Source: Alphaproteobacteria bacterium (lineage in GTDB: Bacteria > Pseudomonadota > Alphaproteobacteria > UBA7887). From it: 64,000 nt of DNA. Made by a program: the position numbers and the translations under genes. This document shows, in pieces, positions 9,547 through 19,921 of this stretch. The stretch is taken from assembly GCA_965201115.1 (NCBI GenBank), contig OZ241745.1:2953166-3017165 (forward strand), read 5' to 3'. Under the pieces are notes generated by a model. The model saw only the letters and a list, made by a program, of their open reading frames with translations, searched no databases and was not told where the DNA came from. Position 1 is the stretch's first letter. Every line of letters starts with the position of its first letter.

Positions 9547-9612
9547 CGAAAGCGGTTTTCCGGAACGCATTACGCAATCTGGCGGCATCGCCTGCATGGG
9601 CGAGCCACGCCG

Positions 9613-10773
9613 CTACCTTACAGCAGGTCCGGGCTCCGGCGCAAACCAGAGGATCGCGCCGACCAGAAACGAGAAGATCGCGAACTGTTCGAAGGCGAAC
9701 GAATATCCGCCGGCGGCGGCGAGGGCGCTGAACAGCCCGGGGCCGAGCGCCACGCCGAGAAAGCTGAAGCCCACCGTGCCGCCGGTCGCCACGCCCACCC
9801 GGTCCGGCGGTACGATGCGAACGATTTCGGCGAGATACACGCCCGGCCATCCCGCCGCGACCGCGCCGGCCAACGCCGCGAAGGCGACAATTTCCGCGAA
9901 CGACCAGCCGGAGTGGAGGTAGCTTGCCAGCAGCAGCACATTGGCGATGCCGAACGCGAATACATACAGCAATGCCCGCGCCGACACATGGCGGCGGTCG
10001 CTCAGCCACCCGAACGCCACGCGCGCCGCGGCGCCGGCGGTCTGCATCGCCGCGAACGCCTGCCCCGCGCGCAGCAGATCGAGCCCGCCGGCCTCGACGA
10101 GAAACGCGGCGAACACCGCGAACACCGACGACTGGACCGCCGCGAAAGCGAAGGCCGCGATGGCCAGCAGCCGCAGACCGGGGGTGGCGAGCGCCGCGCC
10201 GGCGGCGTGCAGAGGCGACCGCGCCGATACGGGAAATCCCGCCACGCGGTCGTCGTCGAACCGCGCGCGCAGGGGCGCGATCGCGACCGCAGCGGCGGCG
10301 GGCAGGGCGGCCGCGCACAGCGCCGCGCCGCGCCAGCCGAACAGGATCGCCGCCGCGGGCGCCAGCAGCCCCGCGATCAGCCCGCCGAGCGGCACGGCGC
10401 TTTGCTTGAGCGACATGACGACGCCGCGCCGGTGGGGCGGCGTCACCCGCGCGAGGATGTGGCTGGCCGCCGGGGTTGCGAGGCCGTAGCCCACGCCGAT
10501 CGCGACGGCGAGCAGGGCGATGCCGGCAAGCGGCGCGGCCGCCGTCAGCGCCAGCCCCGCCGCCGCCGCGGCCAGCGCCATCTGGCTGCACCGCACCGCG
10601 CCGATACGGCGCGCCAGCGCCCCGCCGATCAGGACGGAGCCGATCCCGCCGGCGAACGCCAGCGACGAATAGAAGCCGATCCAGCGCGCGGAAACGCCGA
10701 ACGTTTCCGCCAAGGCCGGCGCGAGGACGGGGATCGTGCTCACCGCCATTGCGACCATCGCCTGGGCAAGCAT
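9613..10773 (-). CDS. MFS transporter
   Basis: 386 aa, about 12 hydrophobic segments, typical Gly/Ala-rich MFS helices. Confidence 0.75.
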   Translation of the reverse strand: MLAQAMVAMAVSTIPVLAPALAETFGVSARWIGFYSSLAFAGGIGSVLIGGALARRIGAVRCSQMALAAAAAGLALTAAAPLAGIALLAVAIGVGYGLATPAASHILARVTPPHRRGVVMSLKQSAVPLGGLIAGLLAPAAAILFGWRGAALCAAALPAAAAVAIAPLRARFDDDRVAGFPVSARSPLHAAGAALATPGLRLLAIAAFAFAAVQSSVFAVFAAFLVEAGGLDLLRAGQAFAAMQTAGAAARVAFGWLSDRRHVSARALLYVFAFGIANVLLLASYLHSGWSFAEIVAFAALAGAVAAGWPGVYLAEIVRIVPPDRVGVATGGTVGFSFLGVALGPGLFSALAAAGGYSFAFEQFAIFSFLVGAILWFAPEPGPAVR

Positions 10774-10837
10774 GGTCGCCGCGAGGGCGTGCGAGAGAGC
10801 GCCTCCGCGCCGGGCCGTCGCGGGGCGGGTTTCCGTT

Positions 10838-11293
10838 CTAACGGTTTTCCACCCAGCGCGCGGCGGCGCTGTCGTCGCTTGCGCGGGCGGCGACCCAGCG
10901 GTCTCCGGCGCAGGTTTCCTCGCGTTTCCAGAACGGCGCCCTGGTTTTCAGCCAGTCGATCAGGAAGCCGCACGCCTCCAGCGCCGCGGCGCGGTGGGCG
11001 GAGGCCGTAACGACGAGCACGATGCGATCGCCGGGCGCGAGGCGTCCGTGGCGGTGGATCACGAGGCAGTCGTCGAGCGGCCAGCGCGCGCGCGCCTCGG
11101 CCTCGATCTTCGCGAGCTGCCTCTCGGTCATGCCGGGGTAGTGCTCCAGCGTCATGGCGGAGACCGCTTCGCCGCCGGCGATGTCGCGCACCAGCCCGAC
11201 GAACGCCGCCATGCCCCCGATATTCGTCTTGCCGCGCGCGAGGGCGGCCATTTCCGCGCCGATGTCGAAATCCTCGCGCTGGACGCGAATCAC
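10838..11293 (-). CDS. moaE: Molybdopterin synthase catalytic subunit MoaE
   Basis: GTG start (VIRVQREDFDIGAEMAAL...), 151 aa. GTGA overlap with the moaD stop. Confidence 0.85.
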   Translation of the reverse strand: MIRVQREDFDIGAEMAALARGKTNIGGMAAFVGLVRDIAGGEAVSAMTLEHYPGMTERQLAKIEAEARARWPLDDCLVIHRHGRLAPGDRIVLVVTASAHRAAALEACGFLIDWLKTRAPFWKREETCAGDRWVAARASDDSAAARWVENR

Positions 11294-11547
11294 GCCCGGC
11301 CTCCGGTGACGGGCGGAAACAGCGCCACTTCCCGCGCGCCGGCGATGGGGCGGTCGAGCTCCGCATAGTCCTCGTCGAGCGCGACGCGAACGGCGGACAG
11401 ATCGGCAAGCGCGGCGGCGTGGCCGGGGCTGCGCCCCTTGAGCCAGTCCAGCAGGTCGGCCACCGTGGCGAGCTCCGCGGGCGGATCGACGGTTTCCTCG
11501 GCTATTCCGGCTTTTTCGCGCAACCACGCGAAATACAGGACCTGCAT
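11290..11547 (-). CDS. moaD: Molybdopterin synthase sulfur-carrier subunit MoaD
   Basis: 85 aa, ubiquitin-like, C-terminal GG (...FPPVTGGRA). Confidence 0.8.
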   Translation of the reverse strand: MQVLYFAWLREKAGIAEETVDPPAELATVADLLDWLKGRSPGHAAALADLSAVRVALDEDYAELDRPIAGAREVALFPPVTGGRA

Positions 11548-11553
11548 GGGCGC

Positions 11554-12828
11554 TCACCTCACTTCGCCGAAAGGCAAAAACGGCACGGTCTCGCCGGTCG
11601 CAACATAGGTTGTTTCCTCCGCGAGTTCGACCAGCCCGTCGGCGGCGGACACGGCGGAGAGTATGCCCGCGCCCTGGCGCCCGGCTTCGCGCGCGATAGG
11701 CGCCGCGCCCGCCGCGCCGCCGCTCTCGAGCCGGCAGCGCACGAACTCCCGGCGCCCCGGCTTCTTGCGGCGCGAGAACCCGGCGCGCACCGGGAACAGC
11801 ATGGGCGGGCGCGTCTCGGCGCCGGCAAGGCGGAGCGCCAGCGGGCGGGCGACGAGCAGGAACGTGACCAGCGCCGCCGCCGGGTTGCCCGGCAGGCCCA
11901 CGAACGGCGTTCCCGCCACGAATCCCAGCGCCAGCGGCCGCCCCGGCTTGATGGCGAGGCGCCAAACCGCGAGCGCGCCGAGCGCCGACACCGCCGCTTT
12001 CACATGGTCTTCCTCGCCCACCGAGACCCCGCCCGAGCTCACCAGCAGGTCGTGATCGGCGGCCGCTTCGGCCAATGCGCCACGCACGCGCGCCTCGTCA
12101 TCGGGCAGGATGCCGAGATCGGAGACCGCGCAGCCCAGCCCCGCGAGCAGGCCGGAAAGGACATGGCGGTTGGCGTCGTACACGGTCCCGGGGGGCAGGG
12201 GCCGGCCGGGGTCGCGCACTTCGTCGCCGGTGGAGAACAGCGCCGCGCGCAGCGGCGCGCGCACGCGCAGCCCGGTCAGGCCGAGCGACGCCGCCAGCCC
12301 GACGTCTTCCGCGCGCAGGCGGCGCCCGGCGGCGAGCGCGAGCGCGCCGGCGGCCACGTCCTCGCCGGCGCGGCGCCGGTTCGCGCCGCGGGAAATGCCC
12401 GCCGGCAGCGCCACGCGCTCGCCGTCGCGCACGCAATCCTCCTGCATGAACACCGTGTCCGGCCCGTCGCCGCCGTCGCCGCGCGGGATGGGCGCGCCGG
12501 TAAAGATGCGCACCGCCGCTCCGCGCCGCGCCGCGAAGGCGGGAAAACGCCCCGCCGCGGCGCGCCCGGCAACGGGCAGCACGGTCGTTCCGCGCGGCGC
12601 CAGATCGTCGAAATAGACGGCGTATCCGTCGACCGCGGAATTGTCGTGCGGCGGCGCGTCGCGCTCCGCGCGCACCGCTTCGGCCAGGATGCGGCCGTGG
12701 CAGCGGGCGAGCGGCGCGGTCTCGACGGCGGCGACCGCCGGGATGCGCTCGTCGATTATCCGCAGCGCCTCGGCGAGGGGCATGGGCCGCCCGCCGTGAG
12801 CGAAGCAGTCGTCGCGGAGCTGCGTCAC
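11554..12828 (-). CDS. moeA: Molybdopterin molybdotransferase MoeA
   Basis: GTG start (VTQLRDDCF...PMPLAEALRIID). MoeA domains (GGVSVGEEDHV...GLPGNP). Confidence 0.85.
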   Translation of the reverse strand: MTQLRDDCFAHGGRPMPLAEALRIIDERIPAVAAVETAPLARCHGRILAEAVRAERDAPPHDNSAVDGYAVYFDDLAPRGTTVLPVAGRAAAGRFPAFAARRGAAVRIFTGAPIPRGDGGDGPDTVFMQEDCVRDGERVALPAGISRGANRRRAGEDVAAGALALAAGRRLRAEDVGLAASLGLTGLRVRAPLRAALFSTGDEVRDPGRPLPPGTVYDANRHVLSGLLAGLGCAVSDLGILPDDEARVRGALAEAAADHDLLVSSGGVSVGEEDHVKAAVSALGALAVWRLAIKPGRPLALGFVAGTPFVGLPGNPAAALVTFLLVARPLALRLAGAETRPPMLFPVRAGFSRRKKPGRREFVRCRLESGGAAGAAPIAREAGRQGAGILSAVSAADGLVELAEETTYVATGETVPFLPFGEVR

Positions 12829-13352
12829 GGCGCGCCCGCCGCCGCGGCGCCGGCGCGCCCGCCCAGTCCGCAATGGCGGACGATAAAACCGGCGATGGCC
12901 TCCGTGTCGTCGAGGTCGAGAACGGGGCGTCCGGCGCCGGGGATGGGGCGGTCGGACGCGATGGCCACGATGCCCGGCGTCTCGCGGTCCAGCGGCGGCC
13001 GGCCGCCGCCGCGGCGCACCTCGATCTTGTCGTGTCCGCCGCGCTTGAACCCTTCGACCAGCGCCAGATCGACCGGGGCCATGCGCGCCAGCAGCGCGTC
13101 GAGCCCCGGCTCCGGCGCGCCCGCCAGTTCGTGCATCAGCGCCCAGCGGCGCGCCGAGGCGACAAGCGTTTCCGTCGCGCCAGCGGCCCGGTGGGCGTAT
13201 GAATCCTTGCCCGGCGTGTCTATGTCGAACCCGTGATGGGCGTGCTTGACGGTGGAGACGGTCAGGCCGCGCGCGGCGAGGACGGGCAGCAGGCGGACCG
13301 CGAGCGCGGTCTTTCCGGCGCCGCGCCAGCCGACGATGCCCATAACCTTCAC
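12825..13352 (-). CDS. mobB: Molybdopterin-guanine dinucleotide biosynthesis adaptor MobB
   Basis: P-loop GIVGWRGAGKTAL. GTG start (alternative ATG at 13343). GTGA overlaps with neighbouring genes on both sides. Confidence 0.8.
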   Translation of the reverse strand: MKVMGIVGWRGAGKTALAVRLLPVLAARGLTVSTVKHAHHGFDIDTPGKDSYAHRAAGATETLVASARRWALMHELAGAPEPGLDALLARMAPVDLALVEGFKRGGHDKIEVRRGGGRPPLDRETPGIVAIASDRPIPGAGRPVLDLDDTEAIAGFIVRHCGLGGRAGAAAAGAP

Positions 13353-13918
13353 GCGGCGCCTCGCGCGCCGAGCCGCGCGGCGGCGGCGCGCATATAGGCG
13401 GCGGCGGAAACCGCGGCCAGCGCCGCCGCCAGCCACAGCGCGGCGGCGCCGCACGCCAGCACGGGTTCGGGCGGAACGCCGAGGCCGGCGGCGGGCTCCG
13501 CCGCCAGCAGCAGCGCGATGGCGGTCATCTGCGCGGCGGTCTTGCCTTTCCCCAGGCGCGATACCGCGACGCTCGCGCCGCGGCGGGCCATTTCCTCGCG
13601 CAGCGCGGAGATCGCAAGTTCCCGGCAAAGAATTACGACGACGGCGACCGCGGGAGCGCGTCCGTCCGCGGCGAGCAACGTCAACAGCGCCGCCGCCAGG
13701 AGCTTGTCGGCCACGGGGTCGAGGAACCGCCCGAAGGCGGTCTCCTGCCCCCGGCGGCGGGCCGTCCGGCCGTCGAGGAAATCGGTCAGGCCCGCCGCCG
13801 CGAACAGCGCCAGCACGAACCACGGGCCCTGCGGCGGCGGCAGAAAATACGCCGCCGTCAGCGGAACGATCGCCGCGATCCGCGCGAGCGTGAGAAGGTT
13901 GGGGAGAGTGAGCGGCAT
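13349..13918 (-). CDS. pgsA: CDP-diacylglycerol--glycerol-3-phosphate 3-phosphatidyltransferase
   Basis: 189 aa, CDP-alcohol phosphotransferase motif (DFLDGRTARRRGQETAFGRFLDPVADK). Confidence 0.85.
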   Translation of the reverse strand: MPLTLPNLLTLARIAAIVPLTAAYFLPPPQGPWFVLALFAAAGLTDFLDGRTARRRGQETAFGRFLDPVADKLLAAALLTLLAADGRAPAVAVVVILCRELAISALREEMARRGASVAVSRLGKGKTAAQMTAIALLLAAEPAAGLGVPPEPVLACGAAALWLAAALAAVSAAAYMRAAAARLGARGAA

Positions 13919-13926
13919 GGGCGCGG

Positions 13927-15834
13927 TCAGCCGCCGTGAAAACGGTCGTACACGATGCGCGCCACATGCTTGCCCAGCCCATCGACCTTTTCCAGATCGG
14001 CGAGGCCCGCCTCGGCGACGCCGCGCGCCGAGCCGAAGCGGTGGAGCAGGGCGCGCTTGCGTTTCGCGCCGATGCCGGCAATGCCGTCGAGCTCCGAACG
14101 CACGACGGCTTTCGAGCGCCGGGCGCGGTGGCCGCCGATGGCGAAGCGGTGGGCTTCGTCGCGCAGGCGCTGGAGAAAATAGCTCACCGGGCCGTTGGGC
14201 GGAACCATGAACGGCTGCCGGCCGGGCAGGTGGATGCGCTCGCGGCCCGCGTCGCGCTCGGGCCCCTTGGCGATCGCCGCGACGCACAACCCGTCTCCGG
14301 TCTCGACGCCCTGGTCGGCGAGCGCCGCGAGCGCGCCCGAGAGCTGCCCCGCGCCGCCGTCGAGCAGCACGAGGTCGGGCCATTCTCCGTTTTCGTTGTC
14401 GGGATTTTCGCGCCGCAGGCGTTCGAAGCGGCGGCGCATGACCTCGCGCATCATCGCGTAATCGTCGCCGGCGTCCGCGCCCGCGCCGCGCAGGTTGAAC
14501 CTGCGGTAGGCGTTGCGGACGAAGCCGTCCGGCCCGGCGACGATCATCGCGCCGACGGGACGCGTCCCGGAGATATGGCTGTTGTCGTATGCCTCGATGC
14601 GCCGCGGCGGCGCGTCGAGGCCGAACATTTCGGCCACGCCGCCGAGCAGGCGGCGCTGCGAGGCGTTTTCCGCGAGCCGCCGTTCGAGCGCGCCGCGCGC
14701 GTTGGCGAGCGCGTGTTCGACGAGTTTGCGCTTGTCGCCGCGCCGCGGCGTATGCGCTTCCACGCGGCGCCCGGCGGCGATGCCCAGCGCCTCGGCGATC
14801 AGCGCCTGGCCCTCCACTTCGTGGCTCAGCAGCACAAGCCGCGGCGCCTGGCGGCCGTCGTAGAACTGGCCGACGAACGCCGCCAGCACCGCCGCCGCGT
14901 CGTCCGCGCGCGCGTGCGACGGAAAATGCGCGCGGTTCCCGTAGTTGCGCCCGCCGCGATAGAAAAAAACCTGAATGCAGGTCTGCCCGCCGCCGCCGTG
15001 GGCGGCGATGACGTCGGCTTCGCCCAGGCGGTCGAGATTGATGTCCTGATGCGCCTGGATTTGCGCCAGCGCGCGTATGCGGTCGCGCAGCACGGCGGCG
15101 GACTCGAACTCCAGCGCGTCGCTCGCCGCCTGCATGCGTTCCGCCAGCCCGTCCTGCACCGCCTGGCTGCGGCCCGACAGAAACGCGCGCGCCTGATCGA
15201 CGATCTCCGCGTAGGCTTCGGCGCCCACGAGGCCGACGCAGGGCGCGCAGCAGCGCTTGATCTGGTATTGCAGGCAGGGGCGGGTGCGCGTGGAGAACAC
15301 GCCGTCGGAACAGGTGCGCAGCGGAAACGCGCGTTGCAGCGCGTTCAGCGTGCGGTTGACCGCGCCGGCGGAGGCGAACGGGCCGAAATAGCGCCCCGGC
15401 ATGCGGCGGGCGCCGCGATGCTTGACCAGCCGCGGCCATTCCGCGCCGCCGGTCAACAGAATGTACGGGTGCGACTTGTCGTCGCGAAGCACGATGTTGT
15501 AGTGCGGCTTGAGCCGCTTGATGAGGTTTGCCTCGAGCAGCAGCGCCTCGGCCTCGGTATGCGTGGTGACCACCTCCACCGCCGCGGTTTCCGAAATCAT
15601 GCGCGCGATGCGCGGCGGTTGCCGCGCGGGATTGGCGTAGCTGGCGACCCGCTTGCGCAGGCTTCGCGCCTTGCCGACATAGAGAACGCGGCCCGCGGCG
15701 TCGGTCATGCGATAGACGCCGGGCCCGGCGGGCAGCCCGGGCAGGGCGTCGCGGATCGCGTCCGCGCCCTGCGGCGGCGCGGCCGCGCCGGCAGGGCTTT
15801 CCGTAGCCTCGCAATCGTTCGCCGCGGAGGTCAT
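13927..15834 (-). CDS. uvrC: Excinuclease ABC subunit C
   Basis: 635 aa. GIY-YIG N-terminus ([25 protein letters not shown]), UvrBC motif, C-terminal RNase H-like and HhH domains. Confidence 0.9.
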   Translation of the reverse strand: MTSAANDCEATESPAGAAAPPQGADAIRDALPGLPAGPGVYRMTDAAGRVLYVGKARSLRKRVASYANPARQPPRIARMISETAAVEVVTTHTEAEALLLEANLIKRLKPHYNIVLRDDKSHPYILLTGGAEWPRLVKHRGARRMPGRYFGPFASAGAVNRTLNALQRAFPLRTCSDGVFSTRTRPCLQYQIKRCCAPCVGLVGAEAYAEIVDQARAFLSGRSQAVQDGLAERMQAASDALEFESAAVLRDRIRALAQIQAHQDINLDRLGEADVIAAHGGGGQTCIQVFFYRGGRNYGNRAHFPSHARADDAAAVLAAFVGQFYDGRQAPRLVLLSHEVEGQALIAEALGIAAGRRVEAHTPRRGDKRKLVEHALANARGALERRLAENASQRRLLGGVAEMFGLDAPPRRIEAYDNSHISGTRPVGAMIVAGPDGFVRNAYRRFNLRGAGADAGDDYAMMREVMRRRFERLRRENPDNENGEWPDLVLLDGGAGQLSGALAALADQGVETGDGLCVAAIAKGPERDAGRERIHLPGRQPFMVPPNGPVSYFLQRLRDEAHRFAIGGHRARRSKAVVRSELDGIAGIGAKRKRALLHRFGSARGVAEAGLADLEKVDGLGKHVARIVYDRFHGG

Positions 15835-15983
15835 GGCGGCACTATCGCCGCCGGCGCAATCCCGGTCAACGCGCCGCGCCGCGGCGGGCGCGGGACGCCA
15901 AGGCGCCGCCGCGCCGAAGCGTTGCGCCCCGGAAGCGCCGCGGATACCGACGCTTCGCCGCCCGAGCCTGTTTCATTCATACG

Positions 15984-16397
15984 CTATTTCACAAGGACGG
16001 TAAATCCCTCTTGTTCGAAATGCAGGTCGCTCGATAACACTTCCGAAATTCCCAATGTTCTCATGGCATGCATGGACGCGCAGTCCTGCATGCTGTAGCC
16101 CTTGTCGGATCTCTGCCGGAACAGCTCCAGGGCCGTCGTAAACGACTCGTGACTCTGGGGAAGTACTTCGATATCGGGATTCCGCGCGATTTCGTCCACA
16201 ATCCTTGCAGCGGCGTCTCTCAAGTATGCGCCGCGCTTCGAGAAACCGGTCAGGAATTCGGAAAGCGCTTCTTCCGTGGTTACCAGCCGGACTTTCCCCA
16301 GCCCCCGGCTCGCGCGGCGCGCGGCGTAATGCCATCGATCCTTCGGATTCGTGCGGGCTATCCAATACGCCGTATCGACAAATACCTTCTTGTTCAC
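15984..16397 (-). CDS. vapC: PIN-domain toxin (VapC-like)
   Basis: GTG start VNKKVFVDTAYWIARTN...; PIN acidic residues. GTGA overlap with the upstream small gene. Confidence 0.65.
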   Translation of the reverse strand: MNKKVFVDTAYWIARTNPKDRWHYAARRASRGLGKVRLVTTEEALSEFLTGFSKRGAYLRDAAARIVDEIARNPDIEVLPQSHESFTTALELFRQRSDKGYSMQDCASMHAMRTLGISEVLSSDLHFEQEGFTVLVK

Positions 16398-16789
16398 GCG
16401 TCGTCCCCGCCGTACAAGTAGCGGTCGTGCCTGTGGGACAGATCGTCCGGGAGCCGGGACCACTCGCTGTCGGGAACGCGCCGTGCGATGTCGTCGATAA
16501 TGTCCTCTATGCCGAGCGTATTCGGGCCGGGTTCGCTGTCCGGTCCCGCGGCGGGGCGCCCGATCGCGTCGTCGAGAGCGTCAAGGCCGAACGCCTTGTA
16601 TGCCTCCCATGCCGAGAGCCGGCGTTCCGCCGGCTTCGGCCTGCGCCGCTCGCGGCGATCGTATACGGCGAGTTGCCCATCGGCGCGCACGAACAGCCTG
16701 TCGGACCTGCGCGCCGCGTCTTCCACGCCGGCCGCCGATTCGGCCGCATGACCGAATACCCGAACCAGCCGGCGGCGATCGATGGTCAT
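16394..16789 (-). CDS. Putative antitoxin (VapB-like) of the PIN toxin
   Basis: 131-aa C-terminal part of ORF 16394..17008, starting MTIDRRRLVRVFGHAAES. Operonic with and overlapping vapC. Domain family not recognised. Confidence 0.4.
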   Translation of the reverse strand: MTIDRRRLVRVFGHAAESAAGVEDAARRSDRLFVRADGQLAVYDRRERRRPKPAERRLSAWEAYKAFGLDALDDAIGRPAAGPDSEPGPNTLGIEDIIDDIARRVPDSEWSRLPDDLSHRHDRYLYGGDDA

Positions 16790-17529
16790 TGCGATTCCTC
16801 CCGATACCGTTTCGCCTCTCGGGCGGCGCCGTCCCGACCCGGATACCGCGCCTCGTACCCGTAACGCGGGAATACGCCGACGGCCAGCTCGAGCCGGCGG
16901 TTGCCGATCGGCGGATGCCGCCCCGCCCCGCCCGATACCCGAGGCTCGATTCGCGAATCGTCCGCACCCGCGGCGCGCTTCCCGGGGGCGCGGGCGTCTC
17001 GCCCGCACGTTTCCGGGCGGCGTAGCGTCGGCGGGGAGGCGCTTGGCGTCCGCGCCGCGCTCCCGAGCGCCTCGCGGTCGCTTTCCGGGGCCGTCATGGC
17101 GGCACTATCGCCTCCCCCCGAACGGCGGTCAACGTGGCGCGGCGGGGGCGGGACGTCCGGGCGCCGTCGCGCCGAAGGCGCGGACTTCCCGGGTTGTCTA
17201 ATTCCGGCTACTCGGTCAACCCTCCTCCGGGTCCGTTCGCTGCCTTCCGTTCCGCCGGGAGCATGGTTGTCTGCGAAGTCATCGCCGTGCTTTCGAGTGG
17301 CGCGCTTCATGATGGCGTTCGTCAGCGTTGGCGTCCCAATGTGCGCGTCGCACTCCCGGACCGGCCTTGCCCTTTCGGGCGGGGGCGCGGTCCGACTTGC
17401 ATTCCAGGCAGCGGGATCGCCTCCGCTACCGTCCCGGCGGGGACGGGGCTTTCCGCCGAAGCGGAACCGTGTTGTCTCCTGTTCGTTGTTCAGCTGCCTC
17501 CGGGCGCGTTCGGGGCGCGCGGCGGCGGC

Positions 17530-18850
17530 GCTGCGTGTAGTCCACCGAGAAACGCAGCGCAGCGCCGCCGCCGCGCGCCCCGAACGCGCAACCCGCGCCG
17601 TGCGGGCGTGGCGGGCGCTGTCACGCGCGCTGCCCCTTGCCTGCCCGGCGCGGCGCCGGCGGCCTACGCCGCTTCCGCCGCGTCCGGCCAGCGGAAGGGC
17701 TCGCCGCTCGCCAGCATGCGATGCAGGATGACCGCCAGCCGCCGCGCCAAGGCCACGCACGCCTTCTTGAAACCGCTTCGCTTGCGCAACCGCCGCGCCC
17801 AGTCCTTGAGCGGATGACCGCGCTTGACCCGCGTCAGCAGGCAAGCCGCGCACTCGTACAGCAGCGACCGCACGCCGGGATCGCCGTGGCGCGATATGCG
17901 CCCCGTCCAGTCCATCTCCCCCGATTGACGCCGACGCGGCACAAGCCCCACATACGCGCCCACAGATCGCGAATCGGCAAACCGCGCCGCATCGCCCAAG
18001 TTCGCAACCAGCGCCACAGCCGTCATCGGCCCCACGGCCGGAGCCGTCATCGACAGCCGGCAGGCCTTGCTGGCCCGCGCCCGCGCCTCCACCTGCCTGG
18101 TGAGCGCCTTGAGCGAATGCAGCGTCTGCGCCAGCGAAACCAGCAACGGCTCCACCGCTTCCTGCAGCGGCGTATCCATGACCGCCTCGCGAACCCGCGC
18201 CGAAAACCGGCCCGAACCCTTCGAAAGCCGAATCCCCGCCGAACCCAGGATGCCCCGGACCGTGTTCTCCGCGTCGCGGCGCTGGCGCACCATAAGCCCC
18301 CGCGCGCGCAACAGCGCCTGCGTATTCGCGTCCCAAGCCCGCTTCACCGAAACCGGGGGGCAGAACTTCGTGCGCGCGATATCCGCCAGCAACGCCGCGT
18401 CCTTCGCATCCGTCTTGTTCGTCTGAAGGCGAAGCACCGCGTGAACGCGCCGAGCGTCCACCACATCCACGGCCTGCCCCAACGCCTCCATCTCGCGCGC
18501 CAGCCAGCCCGAATACGTCCCCGTCTCCATGACCACGCGCGCCGGCGACGGGCAGTGCTCGCGCACCGCCGCAAACAACGCCGCCGGATCCGTCGCAACC
18601 TTGCCCGCGACAACCGTCGCACCCGCATCGTTCTTGACGCAAAACGCCGTCTCTTCCTTCGACACGTCGAAACCGACATACTCCGCCATGGTCGCTCTCC
18701 CTGTTGGGTCCGTGAGTGGGGCGCACAACCCTGCGTGCGCAGCCCCGCATGATAGACCCGGGAGAGCGACCGACCGGAATTATCCCATGTCGGCGCCCCG
18801 CGCGACGTCGGCGATCCCTCGGGGGGCGCCTTCGTTCGGCGCCATGTGCT
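17530..18850 (-). mobile_element. IS110-family insertion sequence (ends approximate; family lacks clear inverted repeats)
   Basis: Transposase gene plus flanking leader and trailer. 9-bp-stem hairpin about 100 bp downstream of the transposase stop (about 17528-17570). Confidence 0.3.
17664..18689 (-). CDS. IS110 family transposase
   Basis: MAEYVGFDVSKEETAFCV... (DEDD N-terminus) and C-terminal GVGPMTAVALVANLGDAARFADSRSVGAYVGLVPRRRQSGE.... Confidence 0.85.
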   Translation of the reverse strand: MAEYVGFDVSKEETAFCVKNDAGATVVAGKVATDPAALFAAVREHCPSPARVVMETGTYSGWLAREMEALGQAVDVVDARRVHAVLRLQTNKTDAKDAALLADIARTKFCPPVSVKRAWDANTQALLRARGLMVRQRRDAENTVRGILGSAGIRLSKGSGRFSARVREAVMDTPLQEAVEPLLVSLAQTLHSLKALTRQVEARARASKACRLSMTAPAVGPMTAVALVANLGDAARFADSRSVGAYVGLVPRRRQSGEMDWTGRISRHGDPGVRSLLYECAACLLTRVKRGHPLKDWARRLRKRSGFKKACVALARRLAVILHRMLASGEPFRWPDAAEAA

Positions 18851-18853
18851 ATA

Positions 18854-19921
18854 ATGGCCGCCATGCGCGAGATACACGATGCCTCCTTCAAACTGTTTTT
18901 CGAGCATGAGCGGGCGGTCGCCGACCTGCTCGGGGGTTTCATGCGGCAGGCGATGGGCCCGGAGTTCGATGTCTCGCGCCTCGACCTCGCCAGCCTCGAA
19001 CCGGCGCCGGCGGAGTACGTGGACGAGGATCTGCGGCAGACGCGGGGCGACCGCGTGTGGCGGCTGCGCTACCGCGCCGCCGACGGCACGACCGGCTGGG
19101 TCTATCTGCTGGTCATGCTGGAGTTTCAGTCGCAGGTCGACCTGGACATGGCGGTGCGCGTGTATGCGTACACGGCTCAGTTGTATTCGCGGCTTCGCCG
19201 GGACGACCGGAAGAACCGGCGCGCGGGACCGCTTCCGCCGGTTTTGCCGATTGTCGTTTACAACGGTCGTGCGCGTTGGTCTGCGTCGCGGGAGGTTCGC
19301 GACGAGATAGCGCCTGCGGAGGCGGCGCTGGAGCGTTTTCAGCCCCGGCAGGGTTACCTGCTGCTCGATGTTCATCGTCTGCGGCCGGAGGATTTGCCGG
19401 CGGGCAACGTTGTGTCGGCGCGTTTTGCGCTTGAGCACGGCGATCCGGAGGCCGTGCCGGCGGTTGTCGCGGCGTTGCGTCGGTTGCTTTCGGGTCCGGA
19501 GCATGCGAGTTTGCGCCGTGCGTTCGGGGCGACGCTTCGACACATGATCGAGGCGAACCGGTTCGGGGCTTCGGACGGCGCGCTGGCTGCGCGTTTGAGG
19601 CGGGTCGGGGATTTGGAGGATTTGGGCGCGATGGAATCGTTGTTTGCGGAACGGCTCGACAGTTTGCTTGCCGAGCGCGAAGCGCGCGGCGTATCTCTTG
19701 GCGAGGCGCACGGTCTTGAGCGTGGCGCGGCGCGCGAGCGTGCGCTTCTGGCGCGGCAGGCGGGCCGCAAGTTCGGGGCGGAGGCGGCTTCGCGGCTGGC
19801 GGCTGCGGTGGCGGGCGTGGACGATCCGGACCGACTCGAGGAGGTCGGCGACGCGGTGATCGTGTGCGCGAGCGGCGACGCGCTGCTGGCGCGCGCCAAG
19901 GAGATCGCCCACCGCCGCTGA
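18854..19921 (+). CDS. Rpn family recombination-promoting nuclease / putative transposase (YhgA-like, PD-(D/E)xK)
   Basis: MAAMREIHDASFKLFFEHERAVADLLGGF...WVYLLVMLEFQSQVDLDMAVRVYAYTAQLY. TATAAT hexamer at 18848-18853. Confidence 0.7.
   Translation: MAAMREIHDASFKLFFEHERAVADLLGGFMRQAMGPEFDVSRLDLASLEPAPAEYVDEDLRQTRGDRVWRLRYRAADGTTGWVYLLVMLEFQSQVDLDMAVRVYAYTAQLYSRLRRDDRKNRRAGPLPPVLPIVVYNGRARWSASREVRDEIAPAEAALERFQPRQGYLLLDVHRLRPEDLPAGNVVSARFALEHGDPEAVPAVVAALRRLLSGPEHASLRRAFGATLRHMIEANRFGASDGALAARLRRVGDLEDLGAMESLFAERLDSLLAEREARGVSLGEAHGLERGAARERALLARQAGRKFGAEAASRLAAAVAGVDDPDRLEEVGDAVIVCASGDALLARAKEIAHRR

Noticed and set aside
9457-11010. 517-aa plus-strand ORF, and others such as 11419..13236, 35580..37298, 39487..41025, 41062..42891, 43960..45960, 47435..49354 and 49006..50706
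   Set aside because: Long antisense or off-frame ORFs expected at about 70% GC. Each overlaps a well-supported gene on the other strand.
13936-16098. 720-aa plus-strand ORF
   Set aside because: Antisense of uvrC and pgsA.
16786-17098. 104-aa reading frame starting at the duplicated uvrC start codon (MTAPESDRE...)
   Set aside because: By-product of the duplicated uvrC leader. Arg-rich, with no evidence of function.
16786-18942. 718-aa minus-strand ORF, and plus-strand ORF 17637..18752
   Set aside because: Shadow ORFs over the IS110 transposase region. Compositionally Arg/Gly-rich, with no domains.
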